A DNA stretch of 64,000 nt. It comes from Anthoceros angustus (taxonomy: Eukaryota; Plantae; Anthocerotophyta). Shown here one piece after another: positions 48,790 to 60,605 of the stretch (the first letter of the stretch is position 1; each line of letters opens with the position of its first letter). A model generated the notes under the pieces. It was not told the origin of the DNA, ran no database searches, and saw nothing but the letters and a program-made list of their open reading frames with translations. The stretch lies in contig VJWM01000144.1 of the NCBI GenBank assembly GCA_010909165.1, positions 496,001-560,000 of the forward strand. Reading direction: 5' to 3'. Both the position numbers and the translations under genes were made by a program.

Positions 48790-50305
48790 TTATTTTATAT
48801 GCACGTGCCTTTTAGCCTTGTTCTTTGGATCCCTGGTTGGGCATGGGACATGTAATCTTGGGAGAATCCATAGGAGAGGGTGCTGGGTGCCAAACACCTC
48901 GATAAGGTTGCACCATCCTGGACCTGTTGATGCTCTTTTCACTCTTGCAGTGAGGCCTATTTGGATTTGCATGGACTCCAAGTAGGTGTGGCCTTGATGA
49001 ATATAGTAGAGTTGATGGTACAGTAGAACTGATACGCCCACAAGGATGGACAGGCAAGATAGGGTGAGGAAGATGAGAGCCAGCGCTCTTATAGATAACA
49101 TCACATGTGCTGATATTAGGGCATTCAATGCATTTGAAGCTAGTGTGGTCCCGATCGGCAGTCCCAAAGCTTTCACACTTGAGCCATCCTGTAATTTGAT
49201 GACGCTTGGCCAAACAAGAAATCCAGCAAGCAATATCAAACATAATGCGTATGAGGTCCCCACAAAAGTGTAGACCAAGAAGAGCAAGAAATGGCGCATA
49301 TTTTTTGCTCCTACACAATTTCCAATCTGTAAAGTACAAAGTGATGCCATCAATAGGTTGTCAAACATGGTACTTATTTTGCAAAAATGTGAAAGAAACA
49401 AAGAGGACAAACTCACAAATGGACAATGGTGGTCCAAGTCCTGCACACAAACACAACAAGTGCTACAGTGATGAACTCTTGGTGGTTTAGGGATTTTGCA
49501 CACTGCGCAAAATCGATGTCCTTCAAGACCTCTTTCAAGAACTACACCCACATTTCCCCATGGTGTAGGGAGAGGTGGTCCGGTAGATATATAAGCAGCC
49601 ATTATATAGTTGAAAAGAACATTCAATGCAAAAAATATAGTAAGTGTAGAATGAACAAAATAGTTCATCGAGTAGTCAGGAAATATAATTGGGAACACAG
49701 CCCATATCCCCCCATCTGCCATCAAATCAAGATACACGATCAACAACACACTTTGCCTTGCAACAATACTTCCACAAAGCAAATGTTACAAAGTTAAAAA
49801 AAAAAATCATCATAGCAATGGAAGAAAGCAACATGAGAAGGCTATAAGAACATACACACGATGACGGTGAAGAAGATGAGAACAATAGCCATGAGCAACC
49901 AGTCTCTAACTTTATTCCATCTCATCCACTGATTTTGTTTCTCCTTTTTCTCTTCATTATTGGTAATAGCACCGCACCACGCACACTTAAAAAGCTGCGC
50001 AAATGATACAAGATACAATTGCTGTCCACAACCCCAACATGTTGTTTCATATGGTTTTACAACACCTTGTGTTATGGTGTCCTGAAAGGAGAACATCATC
50101 AATCTTAAAACATACTTGCAAGCAACTGCATCCACAGAACATACTTGCAAGCAACTGCATCCACAGAACATACTTGCAAGCAACTGCATCCACAGAATGA
50201 TAAAAAAACCTAACAAACCTGAGAAGATGTTTCTTCCTCCAGTCCCTCCTTATCAAGAAGCACATGATCCTCCTCCTCCATTCGTTCCTCCATTCGCTTC
50301 TCCAT
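48790..50305 (-). CDS. DHHC protein S-acyltransferase, PAT11-like, about 4 exons
   Basis: TCWGCGQQLYL...FKCAWCGAIT, GGIWAVFPIIF and RFCAVCKIPKPPRVHHCSTCCVCVQDLDHHCPF|IGNCVGAKN. The DHHC motif is intact. Start codon inferred at 50305. Confidence 0.88.
50109..50197. repeat. 29-bp intronic tandem repeat x3
   Basis: aacatacttgcaagcaactgcatccacag occurs three times, exactly. Confidence 0.95.
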
Positions 50306-52398
50306 TGTCAGGTTTACATCCACCAGACCTTGCTTTCTACATCCACCACTCCCTGCTTTCTAATAGTAAAGCATTGGTCGACCACCTCCATCTCATCTCG
50401 GTTAGGATGAGCTCCCAAGGTTCGAGCCCGGAAACACACCAAGACGGTGAGATGCACGCGGAAGGTAGAGATGTGACCGGCAAAGAACACGACACACCGG
50501 AAGCTTTACGGAGGCAACGAAATGGACGAAACCGTCGTCTGCCGGCGGCAGCCGCAAATAGGGGGAAACATTAATTTCATAAATAGCAGAATCGGCGGGG
50601 CCGTACAGGCGGCATTTGGTACAGGGCAGCTACAGGCGACGGGGTCAAAGCAAGGCGGGGGACAGCAGTGGCGAAAGCCCGAAACGGTTGCGCCGATTTA
50701 CAGGTCGGCTCGTGTACTTTTGCAGGCGGTTAGACTAAATGGAGCCCGATTCGGGCCGTTGGAGGTGCAGGGTCAACACCAACCCATGTACTTTGCAGCG
50801 TGTGGGAGGACGCGCCACGAGCCTGGCCAGCTGAAGCTGCTGGCGATGGAGTCCAAGGACGCCAAGGACGGTGCCTGGAGCTGGATGTGAAGTCGCAGCT
50901 GCTCGGGAGGCTATGGCGGATTAGGGTTCAGAAGTAAATTGTTATGGAGATTTCGTACAATGTGTGTCACGATTTGGTGCGATAAGTGGGGTAGTGACGC
51001 GGTGAGGGAACTGGATCAAGGGTGTGTCGTGCAATGGCGGCATCCTCTTGTCTGTGGTGGCCAGTGGGGCTAGAAAGGAAGGCAGAGAGAGCTGGTCTGC
51101 CAGTGCCGAGGCCGTGATGTGCTGGCTGCAGCAGTTTCTTGTTACAATGTACATATGTATATGTGTAATTGTGTTGCTTTCTCGTGAGCAGCACTGATTT
51201 TTGTATTGAATTGCCGGCCCCAGCCTGCATCATGGCCGATGATGGCCTGGCCTGCAGCGATCCTGTGCCAGCCAGTGGTTACCACAAGCTCTGCGCATTC
51301 AATGTCTGTGCTGCGAGGCTCATCATGTGCGGTAGGCCCGGGTGCCCAGCGGCCAGCCAATTCTCTCCCTCCTTTCATCGAACCCTAGTTGCTGCAGGCT
51401 TGATGGAGCTGCCAGCATTGGTTATGTGCATGACGCTGGCAGAGTCCAAACCTAAACGTTGCGACACGCCATTGGGACACATGACTGCCCCAGGGGGGAA
51501 GGCGGCCGGGGCCTGTACCTTTGGTCCTGTACTTTTACCCTAATTGTTTGCTGCAGCCTGCAGGGGCGGGGACGGTACGTTGCTGGCGCAGAGCCATGTG
51601 GAGGGACTGTCACAGGAAGCTCGGCACGCTCATTGCTGCGGCCTGAACCAGCCGGAAATCCCTTGAATGCTGCGCCAGTTGGTAGGTCTCGTGCCTTTTT
51701 AGTCCTGCGGATTTCAAGGCAAGGATGTGGATGTCGTGTGCGTGCCTGTGTGGGTATGTGTGTACATGCATATCTGCATTGCAGCTTGCGTGGGGCTGGG
51801 GTTTTGCACTTTGCAGCCTGTGTGCTGTGTGCAGATGTTTGCGGCCTGGCCAGGGCGCCAGGGTAGTCAAGGACTGGACTTCTCATACATATGCTTTGGT
51901 TGAAGAGGAAGAGAATCATCAGTCAGTAAATAGATTCCCCTCCAGTTACGATGAGCCTGACATTCCCATGCAGGTAAGTTGAAAGCCAATGGGTAACTGG
52001 GCACGTGGTAAGATTCCGTGCCATCTTCCCAGCCAGATGGGTCTGCGCCATTTCACCGTCCAGTCCCATCTTATCCTGCATGCTCCCTACATAACATATT
52101 TTACTGTGGGCTACGCATGATGGATCTGATGCACCATTCTGTGTGCGTCCTGCAAAAAGCCCAGTTCAGGCCTGTTGGTCAACAAATTCGGCTTGGTTGG
52201 TTGGTTGGTTGGCTGGCTGCACCCAGCTTTTCCAAACAAGTGTGGCCCTCCCCCTCTCCATGTGCACTTTCTCAGTGAGCTTTGCATTGGCTGACACCTT
52301 TTAGATAGCCACTGGTTTTAAAAACAGAATCGTGCAGATGCAGCAGCTGCAGCGGCAACAGGCACTGGCCCAGGCGCTGGTGGAGCTCGCCCCAACCT

Positions 52399-52462
52399 GC
52401 ACAGCACAGCACAGCACAGCACAGCGCAGGGCAGGGCAGCACAGCACAGCACAGCACAGCAC
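52399..52462. repeat. (CACAG)n pentanucleotide microsatellite
   Basis: gcacagcacagcacagcacagcacagcgcagggcagggcagcacagcacagcacagcacagcac. Confidence 0.9.
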
Positions 52463-54576
52463 ACCAACAGCTTCCCCAGAATTGGGAAACAAGTGCAACC
52501 AGGCATCATGCCCCGTAGTACCTCAGGCTCCAAGCCCATTATTGGCCTTTGCGGGCGTGCCTTTGTACATATGTATGCTGCTGGCTTTGCAAGCTGTGGG
52601 ATCGTAAGCGTCCCTTCAGCTTCCCCAAAGATGAGGCAGTCATTCCTTTCCTTGATTCACCAACTGCTGCCGCTGCTGCCAGCACCGCCATTACTCTACT
52701 CACATATGTACTTAGCATCCATCTCTCTCAAAATGCTGCCCCTCATTCCAGCCACAGGTACTTGCTTCCTGATCAGGTATTCAGGTGCCCTTTCTTTAAT
52801 ACTGGCCCAGTCCATGCTAGTCATGCTGCTCCTCCTCGAAATTCCGGACTAGGGGACCAGAACTAACCCTAATGTAAGTCTTGTTCATCCTTTTGCTAAT
52901 TTTTCCTTCCTGATGAATGTCACAGGAATCCGGTAGACCGAAGCTGGCCACGACGCCGCCCACGAAGCCTCCACGTTTCCACTGGTACCCTTCAGATGGG
53001 CTATGGCATGCAACAGGTTGGGCACCACACAACAGCAGAAATAGCAGATCGTTGCGTCCATGGAGAATGTTGTGCTTTCATTCCATTTACAGTTACAACC
53101 TGTAGGCATGCAGTCGGCATGGGCACCCTAAGTTCCGCTCCCGGTTCGTCTGCAGGAATCTGGTTCACAACATTCTCTCCCCCGCAAGATCTAAAAGGCG
53201 TGACGGTCCTGGACCAGATTTGTGGAGCGACCCCAACTCCTGGGCTAAGTGCACATGCCTTTCCACCAGGCCGCTGCTGCAGAGCTGCGTGCTGCGTGCA
53301 CCCACCACTGCTCTCCAACCAAGTAGGCCCTCCCTGTCTCGATCCCAGCTCCACCTGCATGTGATAAGCAGTCCGCGTGCCGCTCGCTGCCGCGTGCCAC
53401 CCACTTGCTGCTTATCTAGATCCCTCATGGCCCCAAAATATCTCCATGTAACTCCCTCCGGGACCCCGGCCTGCCCAAGCATGCCTGTTCCCGGCTGCCA
53501 TGCAAGCGCCCGCCTTGACCACGGCAGCTGCATGCAAACTCCTCCTCCCCACCAGCCCCGGGCCGATTCCTCCCGCCCCCCCTGTACAATTCCTGGATGC
53601 TGCATGCTGCCCCCTGGCTGCGCCTGCTCTCACATCCCCTCACGTTGTGTGCCTGCAGGTTGTGATTACCGCCGCCCTGCACTTTTAGAGAGATGCCCTG
53701 CCCTGCCCTGCCCTTTCCTTTCCTTTCCTTTCCTTTCCCAGGGAGGAATCAGGATGCTGTGGTGCGGATCGAGGTGCCCCTTGCTCCTTCCTTCCTCCAG
53801 CCCCTTCTCTCCTTGGCCGCCAGGATCACTCACCATCATGGACTGCGTGATTCCGATTCCGATTCCGATTCACGATTCGCGATTCGCATCAGTGGGCGCC
53901 GGCCGGCCCGGCCGCCTCTCCTGGCCTTCGGCGCACCGACCCAACCGGGCCCGCACGCGCATGCTGCCTCGCCCTGAAGGGGAGGCTGCCAGTGCCGCCG
54001 GCTGGGCCCGCTTTAATGGGACCTGGCGGGCGCGTGGCCGGGGCCGCTGAGGGGGCGAAACCCCGGGCGGCGAAAAGGGAGCCAGAATTGGGCCGGCGAT
54101 TCCCAACCGATTTCGTGTAGTGTTGCATATCATCTGGCGCTGTCGGGGTGACAGCAGACCCGCTCAACTGTTTCCCCATGCGATCGTGATGATTGACGGC
54201 AGCAGCAGCGGTCCCGGCACCCGGGTTGCGGCCCGGGTTCGACGCCTGCGACGAGCGTTTCGCAACTGCAATTGCAACTGAGACACATAAAGTCAGTGCG
54301 TGTTGTGCAGTCTGTAGCACGGCACGGCACGGGCCCGGGTCCGTGCCTGCTGCTGCTGCGCATCGCGACTTCAGTCCGCGCGCTCCCGGTTTCGGCGTGC
54401 CGTGTAACGGAACGCGCTCTGTCTGCCGCCGAGGCCACCTCCGCTTACATCACCTCGCATGCCCTAGCCAATGTGATCGCGCCCGCATCCCGTGAACCTC
54501 TCATCCAAAATCCCATCCATTTCCACGCCCTCCTAAGCGCGGGAAATACCTTACTTTCGTAGGCATGTGTACAACA

Positions 54577-54660
54577 GGTAACTCCTTGAGGAGATTCGAA
54601 CCGCAGACTTCAAGACTTTAGAGCTGTCGGGCTTAACCAAGATTCCTGTCCGGAATCACC
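54577..54660 (-). other. tRNA-like remnant (tRNA pseudogene or SINE head)
   Basis: The minus strand has a B-box-like GGTTCGAATC, a TTGGTTAAG D-loop-like segment and a 9-bp terminal stem (GGTGATTCC/GGAGTTACC, 2 G-U pairs). The D, anticodon and T stems pair poorly. Confidence 0.3.
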
Positions 54661-55254
54661 ACAATATAAAGCTAATGAAACTATTTGATAACAGCTGATT
54701 TATGTGCATTTGTAATTTGTTGCGATTCCGGTTTATAGATAAAGAGAGTTGTATTACACTGTCTCAAGACATAGATAAGATTTTGATTTGAATATTATAC
54801 ATTTAATAATTGTTTATTATAAATAAAAATAGTGAATCACATTTGCTCGTTTCGAACTGATTAACTATAATTTATCGATTTTCGCAGTGCTGGGCAACTT
54901 TTTTCCTCATTTGCGTCGTTTTACAGTGTTGATTGCCGCTACACGTTTGTTTTTGACGTGAATTACGGATACACAGTTTAGGACATTTGCCTCGGGTGTG
55001 AAGCTAGCGGCTCGCTGTTCCACAAGGACCGTTGGGGTTTGTTCCTGGACTTGGACTTGGAAGGTAGAACGGCGAGCAAGCTGGAAGGAGGCTGTATACA
55101 GGCTGCAAGCATCCATGCCTCAGCGTTTGGCACCAGCAGAGCCGACGATTGCGGCAGTAGGTGGAGTTTCCGACTCATGTGCGGTTGCCAAGGATTGGAG
55201 CAGTCGGGGCGAGGTGGAGGATAGTTTAATCAGGATCCGCGTTCCATGTGAAGT

Positions 55255-56100
55255 ATGGAGGATCTCCTTATCCGGGAGGTATGGGCGAGCAATCTAGAAA
55301 AGGAGTTCCAGTTCATACGGAACATTGTAGACGATTACCCTTTCGTGGCCATGGACACGGAGTTCCCTGGCTTGGCGTCACGGCCGGTTGGGGGAAATTT
55401 CAAGAGCCCTGCAGAGTACCAATATAAATCTCTGCAGATGAATGTGGACATGCTCAAGCTCATACAGCTTGGCCTAACGTTCTGTGACGAGAAAGGGAAT
55501 CTGCCTAGCGTCGAAGGCACCAATTGCGTGTGGCAGTTTAACTTCCGAGATTTCGATTGGGAGGAAGATCCCTGCGCAGCCGACAGTATTGATCTGCTCC
55601 GCAAGTGTGGCATCGACTTCGATTCTTTCAAACAAAACGGCGTAGATTCCACGCACTTTGCTGAGAAGCTTCTGTCCTCCGGTGTTGTGCTCAACGACAA
55701 AGTGCTCTGGATCACATTCCATTCCTGTTACGATTTCGCTTATTTACTGAAGGTGATCACATGTAAGTCCCTTCCATCGGACGAGGATGGATTCCTCAAG
55801 TTGCTGCGTACTTACTGCCCCGCGGTGATCGATATCAAGTACCTTATGAAGTTCTGCGTATGTCCGCGGGGCGGACGATTGTATGGCGGCTTGGAGAGGC
55901 TGGCAGAGAATTTAGGAGTGCAGCGAATTGGACCTTCCCATCAGGCCGGGTCTGACTCTCTGTTAACTTCCCGTGTCTTCTGGTCGTTATTAGCGAAGGA
56001 TATCACGAATATTGAAGACATAAAGAAGCATCAAGGGGTGGTGTATGGATTGGGAGTGGCAGCAGAGGAAGGAAATCTGCAAGCTGTTGCGCCAAGGTAG
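55255..56100 (+). CDS. CAF1: CCR4-associated factor 1 deadenylase (DEDD), intronless, 281 aa
   Basis: IREVWASNLEKEF, FVAMDTEFPG, LKLIQLGLTF, WITFHSCYDFAYL and HQAGSDSLLT; DEDD residues present. Confidence 0.97.
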   Translation: MEDLLIREVWASNLEKEFQFIRNIVDDYPFVAMDTEFPGLASRPVGGNFKSPAEYQYKSLQMNVDMLKLIQLGLTFCDEKGNLPSVEGTNCVWQFNFRDFDWEEDPCAADSIDLLRKCGIDFDSFKQNGVDSTHFAEKLLSSGVVLNDKVLWITFHSCYDFAYLLKVITCKSLPSDEDGFLKLLRTYCPAVIDIKYLMKFCVCPRGGRLYGGLERLAENLGVQRIGPSHQAGSDSLLTSRVFWSLLAKDITNIEDIKKHQGVVYGLGVAAEEGNLQAVAPR

Positions 56101-56858
56101 AGGATATTTAGGCAAGGATCTCTCTACAGCGGCTCTATCCCTCCGGCTCCACCTGCACATAGTGATGTTCACTTGTATTTTTAAAACTGTACCGTTAGGT
56201 TTCAAGGTAAACTTGGTTTGCCGCTTATCTGTGCCCGCCGACCATTTCGGGCTGCCAGTCTGCATTTGCTACCTTCATCTCTTTGTGATCATATTGACAT
56301 CGTGGTCCCCTGCGACGGAGCTCTCATATTGCATCAATGCCTGCAATCTGCAAGGAAGTTGCTGCCGCTCTCCTTTTCACCTGTTGAGATTTGAACGCCA
56401 AGGAAGGATATGCGAAATGGACTTGATCTGGTAGCCAGTTTATTCATGCCCTACGTTTGTTTGGTCCTTGTCTGCGATTTGCCGGGATCTCACGGATTGG
56501 TCTATCGGGGCGTTTTTTTAACTTGTACTCTTTTCCACTAAATAGCCGTGTGATTTGATGCTGTAGTGGGTTTCACAAGAGTCCTGCTAACATTGCGTAG
56601 TCTGGGTTTTGGAGGGTGTCGTCATTGTGTTCCTCACTTGTTCCTACTGGCTATGCCTATCGAACCCCACAACCACGTATGGTTTCGAGCACCAGATTCC
56701 TTGTTTGACTTCTGGCGAAGTTTGGGAATTCCGAAAGCAAACTTTTAATAAGCCGTGGAAAATTTCTTCTGCAGAATCCTCTAGCTGTTCGCCTTACATG
56801 CAGCCCTGTTTGCTTTGGTCGAACATCCCATTTCTCTCATTATCTGCCTGAGCCTATC

Positions 56859-59036
56859 TCAGTGACTAGTTTTTTGTTTTGAATATTTCTCGAGTACACT
56901 TGAAAAATTGGTCCGATCCTTCTTCTTGAGCCTGCACGACAAATCCAGAAGACACGTTACAGCACAAACAGGACCTTGACCACGTTGGTTATTCCCATGC
57001 AAATTTTCCTGACTGGCGAAGTGTTGATGGTACCTCACAGAAGAGCCCAGGTTGCCAACATTCTGATTCCGAGAACGTTTAGCCTTTCCAGGCCCTTCTG
57101 GAGCCCCTTGGACTTTGATTCTTTTGCTCTTCGTCTTTTCCATCGAGTTCTTCGTATTTTTCAGTTTCCAAAACACTCGTTTCTCCAGTGCCTCTATCCT
57201 AGCCTCTGCTGCTTGCCGTTCCTCCTCGGCAGTCAATCGTTTCTTGGGAGCTCGTGTTTGGGGACCAGTCTTATCCTTCAGCTCTGACTTAAGAGCCTGT
57301 ACCATTTGCTCCAACTCCTCTATCTTCTTGTCTTTGTCGTCCACTGCAGTGGTGGTTGGAGAATTTTCGACGTCTACCTCAAAGTTTCCAAAAACTCCCC
57401 TTGGCATCAATGCACGGGGCTCCTTGCTTTCATCTTCAGCCCTCTCTGATTCCCGGGTTTCAACCTCAATTTCTAAATCACCAAAATCCTCGTAGTCATC
57501 AGAGTCCTCTCCATCACGTACTTCTCCTTTGACGTACAAATCTGCCATAGCTTGCAGCTGTAAGGGTACCGCTGTGCCCCCCTTGCCTTCCAGCACTTGA
57601 GAAACTGACTTCCTTCCGTGCAAATGATTATCTCCTGAATCTAATGACACAGTCTGCTCAGCTCGTTTGACAGAGGTCACTTGGATCCTGGCCTCAGCTT
57701 TACGAGACCCCTCCTGAACCTTTGAGGGATCCAGACCAGATTGAGGAGAACTGTCCAGAGCTTTTTCAGTCCGTGCAACATCCCCTGCTTCGAACAAAGC
57801 TGTTCCTTCATCGTTCTCCGCATATAATTCCAACTCAGCATCAAGCAGCTCATCATCCTCGTCCTCTAAAGAATTCCATATTTCCTCTTCTAGTGTTCGC
57901 AACTCCGTCTCACTAACAGGACCAACATCATCCACAACCTCCATTTCACCGACCTTTGATGATGCATCCTTGCTTCCGAGCCCCTTGAGATACTCGCTGG
58001 CTGACGCAGATGCCCCAGGAGCCCTTGACAACCCTGCCTCTCTCACCCTGAGTCGTCCTGGAATGGTTGGAGGAGCAACATCTTGTGATGAGGTGCTATC
58101 CGAGTTAGCACGGGAGAGTGACAGTTTCTTTTCCACCTTCCCAAACTTCAGAGGTTGTCCATTGAAAACTCTGACGAAACTGATACAATCACGAGAGCGA
58201 GGAAGTTAGTCTGCCTGACGAATAGTATATACATCCTCAGCCCTAGAAACGGTAGCCACACCCAAACTCCCGCACCCCTTACTTGTCCGCCTCCTTCTCT
58301 CTGGCAAAAGTGAGAAATGCGGTCCCTTTACAAGTTGGTTCTCTTGTCTTGTCGTCTCCCAGAAGAATGGGGCGAATGTGCAGAAGCCCTTGGACACCTC
58401 GAAGAGCTGCACGTAAATCCCTTTCCACATTCCTTTTCTTGGGCAAATTGCTCACCTTAACCACGAATCCAGGGGGTGGCTCGCTAACTGCATCCAGTAC
58501 AAAAGCAGCTCAGTCGCTATCTCTTATCATGCACACATCCTGCACCGAAGCTTTACCACACGTCCCAAGCCCAACCACAAACCTGCTTTTGTTGCATCCT
58601 TAGCATGTTTCTCGCTGCCGCCTTTCCTCTTATTTTTTGCAGCTGCCTGCGCTTTTTTGTCCCGCTCAATCTCCTCAAGCAGCTTGGTTTCCAAGGACAG
58701 GTCGTACGTGGCTCCAATACCGAACCCAGCAGGCTTGTTCTGCATCCATTCTTGCATGGACTCCAATTCCTCTTCGTCATCCTCCTCCCCCTCTTCTCCA
58801 TCCTCATCGTCATCATCCGCAAAATCCAGACTATCCAAGGAGTACTCCTGTTTCCCCTTCAAAGCCAGACAAATCCGCCGCCGTGCATCCAACGGCCACT
58901 TGGAAGCTGCAATTCCTCCCGCACAAGAGACCTTCCTCGGGCAGTGCAGCAGCAGCTCCGGCGGGGTCAGGTGCACCTCTGGCGTGGTACACACTTGGCG
59001 CAGTCCAGTTACACTAGCGATGGCTAAAGTCGCCAT
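56859..59036 (-). CDS. Plastid-targeted RRM protein with long acidic regions, about 4 exons
   Basis: Transit-peptide-like N-terminus, KPAGFG, and the RRM VKVSNLPKKRNVERDLRAALRGVQGLLHIRP...CKGTAFLTF. Last exon is RLKKKDRTNFSSVLEKYSKQKTSH*. Confidence 0.8.
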
Positions 59037-59755
59037 CGCCCAACCTCCAGCAGCTGCAACCAGCCACTTACAGTTAGGGGTCTCCAGTTTCTGACCTCAT
59101 CTTTGCCAGAACCACACGAGCTTGGCCTTCCGGTGCTCGTGGCGATGCGAAAGGAGTGAAGGCGGCCCGGGTTTATCTTTTTCCACGTTGCTCATGCCTT
59201 TCTCCATTCTTTGTCAGAGTGCGGTCCCCATGGAACAGAGACCGTCTCATTCAACCGGGACCGTCGGCATGCTGTTCTTTGCGAACGAGTATGCACCATG
59301 GCCATGGTGCATATTGTTTGACAAGAACAACATGCCGACATTAAAAAAGCACAGCTCAGGAAGGTGGAGCAGGAATTCAAGGCCGTCAGTTCAAGCGGGA
59401 AGGCCTCGAGCCCAACTAGGCATCCGCTTCGCATCTTGACAAGCAACTCCAAGGCCGGAAGTCATGTATGTTAAGAATCTCGCACCTAGTGCCTTTCTTC
59501 TTCATCCAATTGCACTTTCAGCAGTGCAGTTACAAAGGATCACAACCGTGTTTCCAAAGTTTGCATCATCTCGCTTTCTTCACTTTCAATAGACAGCAAG
59601 AAGGCAACCGGAATCGAGCCCTGAAGCATGTTAGGTAGAAATCCGTGTCCGGATACGAACATGAGATATGGGCATCCCGATTAGCACCTGAACAAAAGCT
59701 CCTGAACAATTGCCAAAGCTGGTCTCCATCTCGGACCATGTAATGTCATGGCAAG

Positions 59756-60450
59756 TCATTTCTTCCTTGGCTGACGAGGACTAGCGAACTTGGACTGAGA
59801 GCTAGCAGCCTTGAGAGACTTCTTCGTCCATCTGAACAGCCGATCGATCGGCAAGCAGCCCAGAGCGCATACCATGGCAAGAGTGAAGAGGGGTAGGAGA
59901 AACACATCCTGCCTGTATGTACCCTCAGAGGTGATATACCAAAGCAGAGCAACCATGCCAGCCAGACTGACATAAGAAGGGCCGAACATGGAGAGGATGG
60001 CCCCAACCAGGCTCAAGACACTGCCAGCCAGCAGGACAGGATGTATCGACGCGGGTTCTGCTGCTGCACCTGCTCCATCCCCTTGGTACTTGGCCAGCAG
60101 GGTGTTCCAGTCTGGTAGGGTGAAATCTTGGTTGTCTCCCACGATGGACTCCACCTTGGTCATGAAAGCTGAGGGGTAGGCCATGAATTGCAGAACCGCC
60201 TTGTTCACCACGTTGGCGTGGTGCAGATAGGAAATCAGGACTTCGACTGAACTTGTGCAGGTGCCCTTGTGACATGGAACGCTGCCGACATCAGGGGAGC
60301 TGACTCAGAAGCTTGCGGCAAGCACTGATAAACGTGCCAGGATCGTGAAGGAGCAATGGCAAGCAGGGGGGTTGGTGGTTACCTGAAGATTGGAAACGAG
60401 AAGAGGGTGACCAGGAAGAAGAATTGGGCGAGACGCCCTCGCAAATCCAT
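59756..60450 (-). CDS. Uncharacterised membrane protein (signal peptide plus about 3 TM helices), 2 exons
   Basis: ATG at 60450: MDLRGRLAQFFFLVTLFSFPIFS|SPDVGSVPCHKGTC... The phase-2 gtaacc...gtcag intron joins the long ORF. Hydrophobic segments VLLAGSVLSLVGAILSMFG, VSLAGMVALLWYIT and VFLLPLFTLAMVCALGCL. Confidence 0.65.
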
Positions 60451-60605
60451 GTTGAACGGGTTGACCGGCCTTGGGCCTTCCCCGTTTCCAGCCATCGTTG
60501 TCCGCTCACCGACGGGATGGAATCTGATAAAAGACCTGGCTGGCTTCGGGAGTCGGCTGAAATAGATATAGTGTGCAGTTGTGTGGAGAGCATGCCAGGA
60601 TTGGA

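Noticed and set aside
811-50197. Short direct repeats (53, 55, 46 and 29 bp units) as possible CRISPR arrays
   Set aside because: The units are head to tail with no unique spacers, there are no cas genes, and the DNA is eukaryotic. They are minisatellites.
51169-51543. Cys/His-rich ORF as a possible SBP-box gene
   Set aside because: It lacks the SBP spacing and the RFCQQCSRFH core.
54577-54660. Selenocysteine or pyrrolysine tRNA, suggested by the 9-bp stem and CTCTAAA
   Set aside because: No UCA anticodon, no long variable arm and no proper D, anticodon or T stems.
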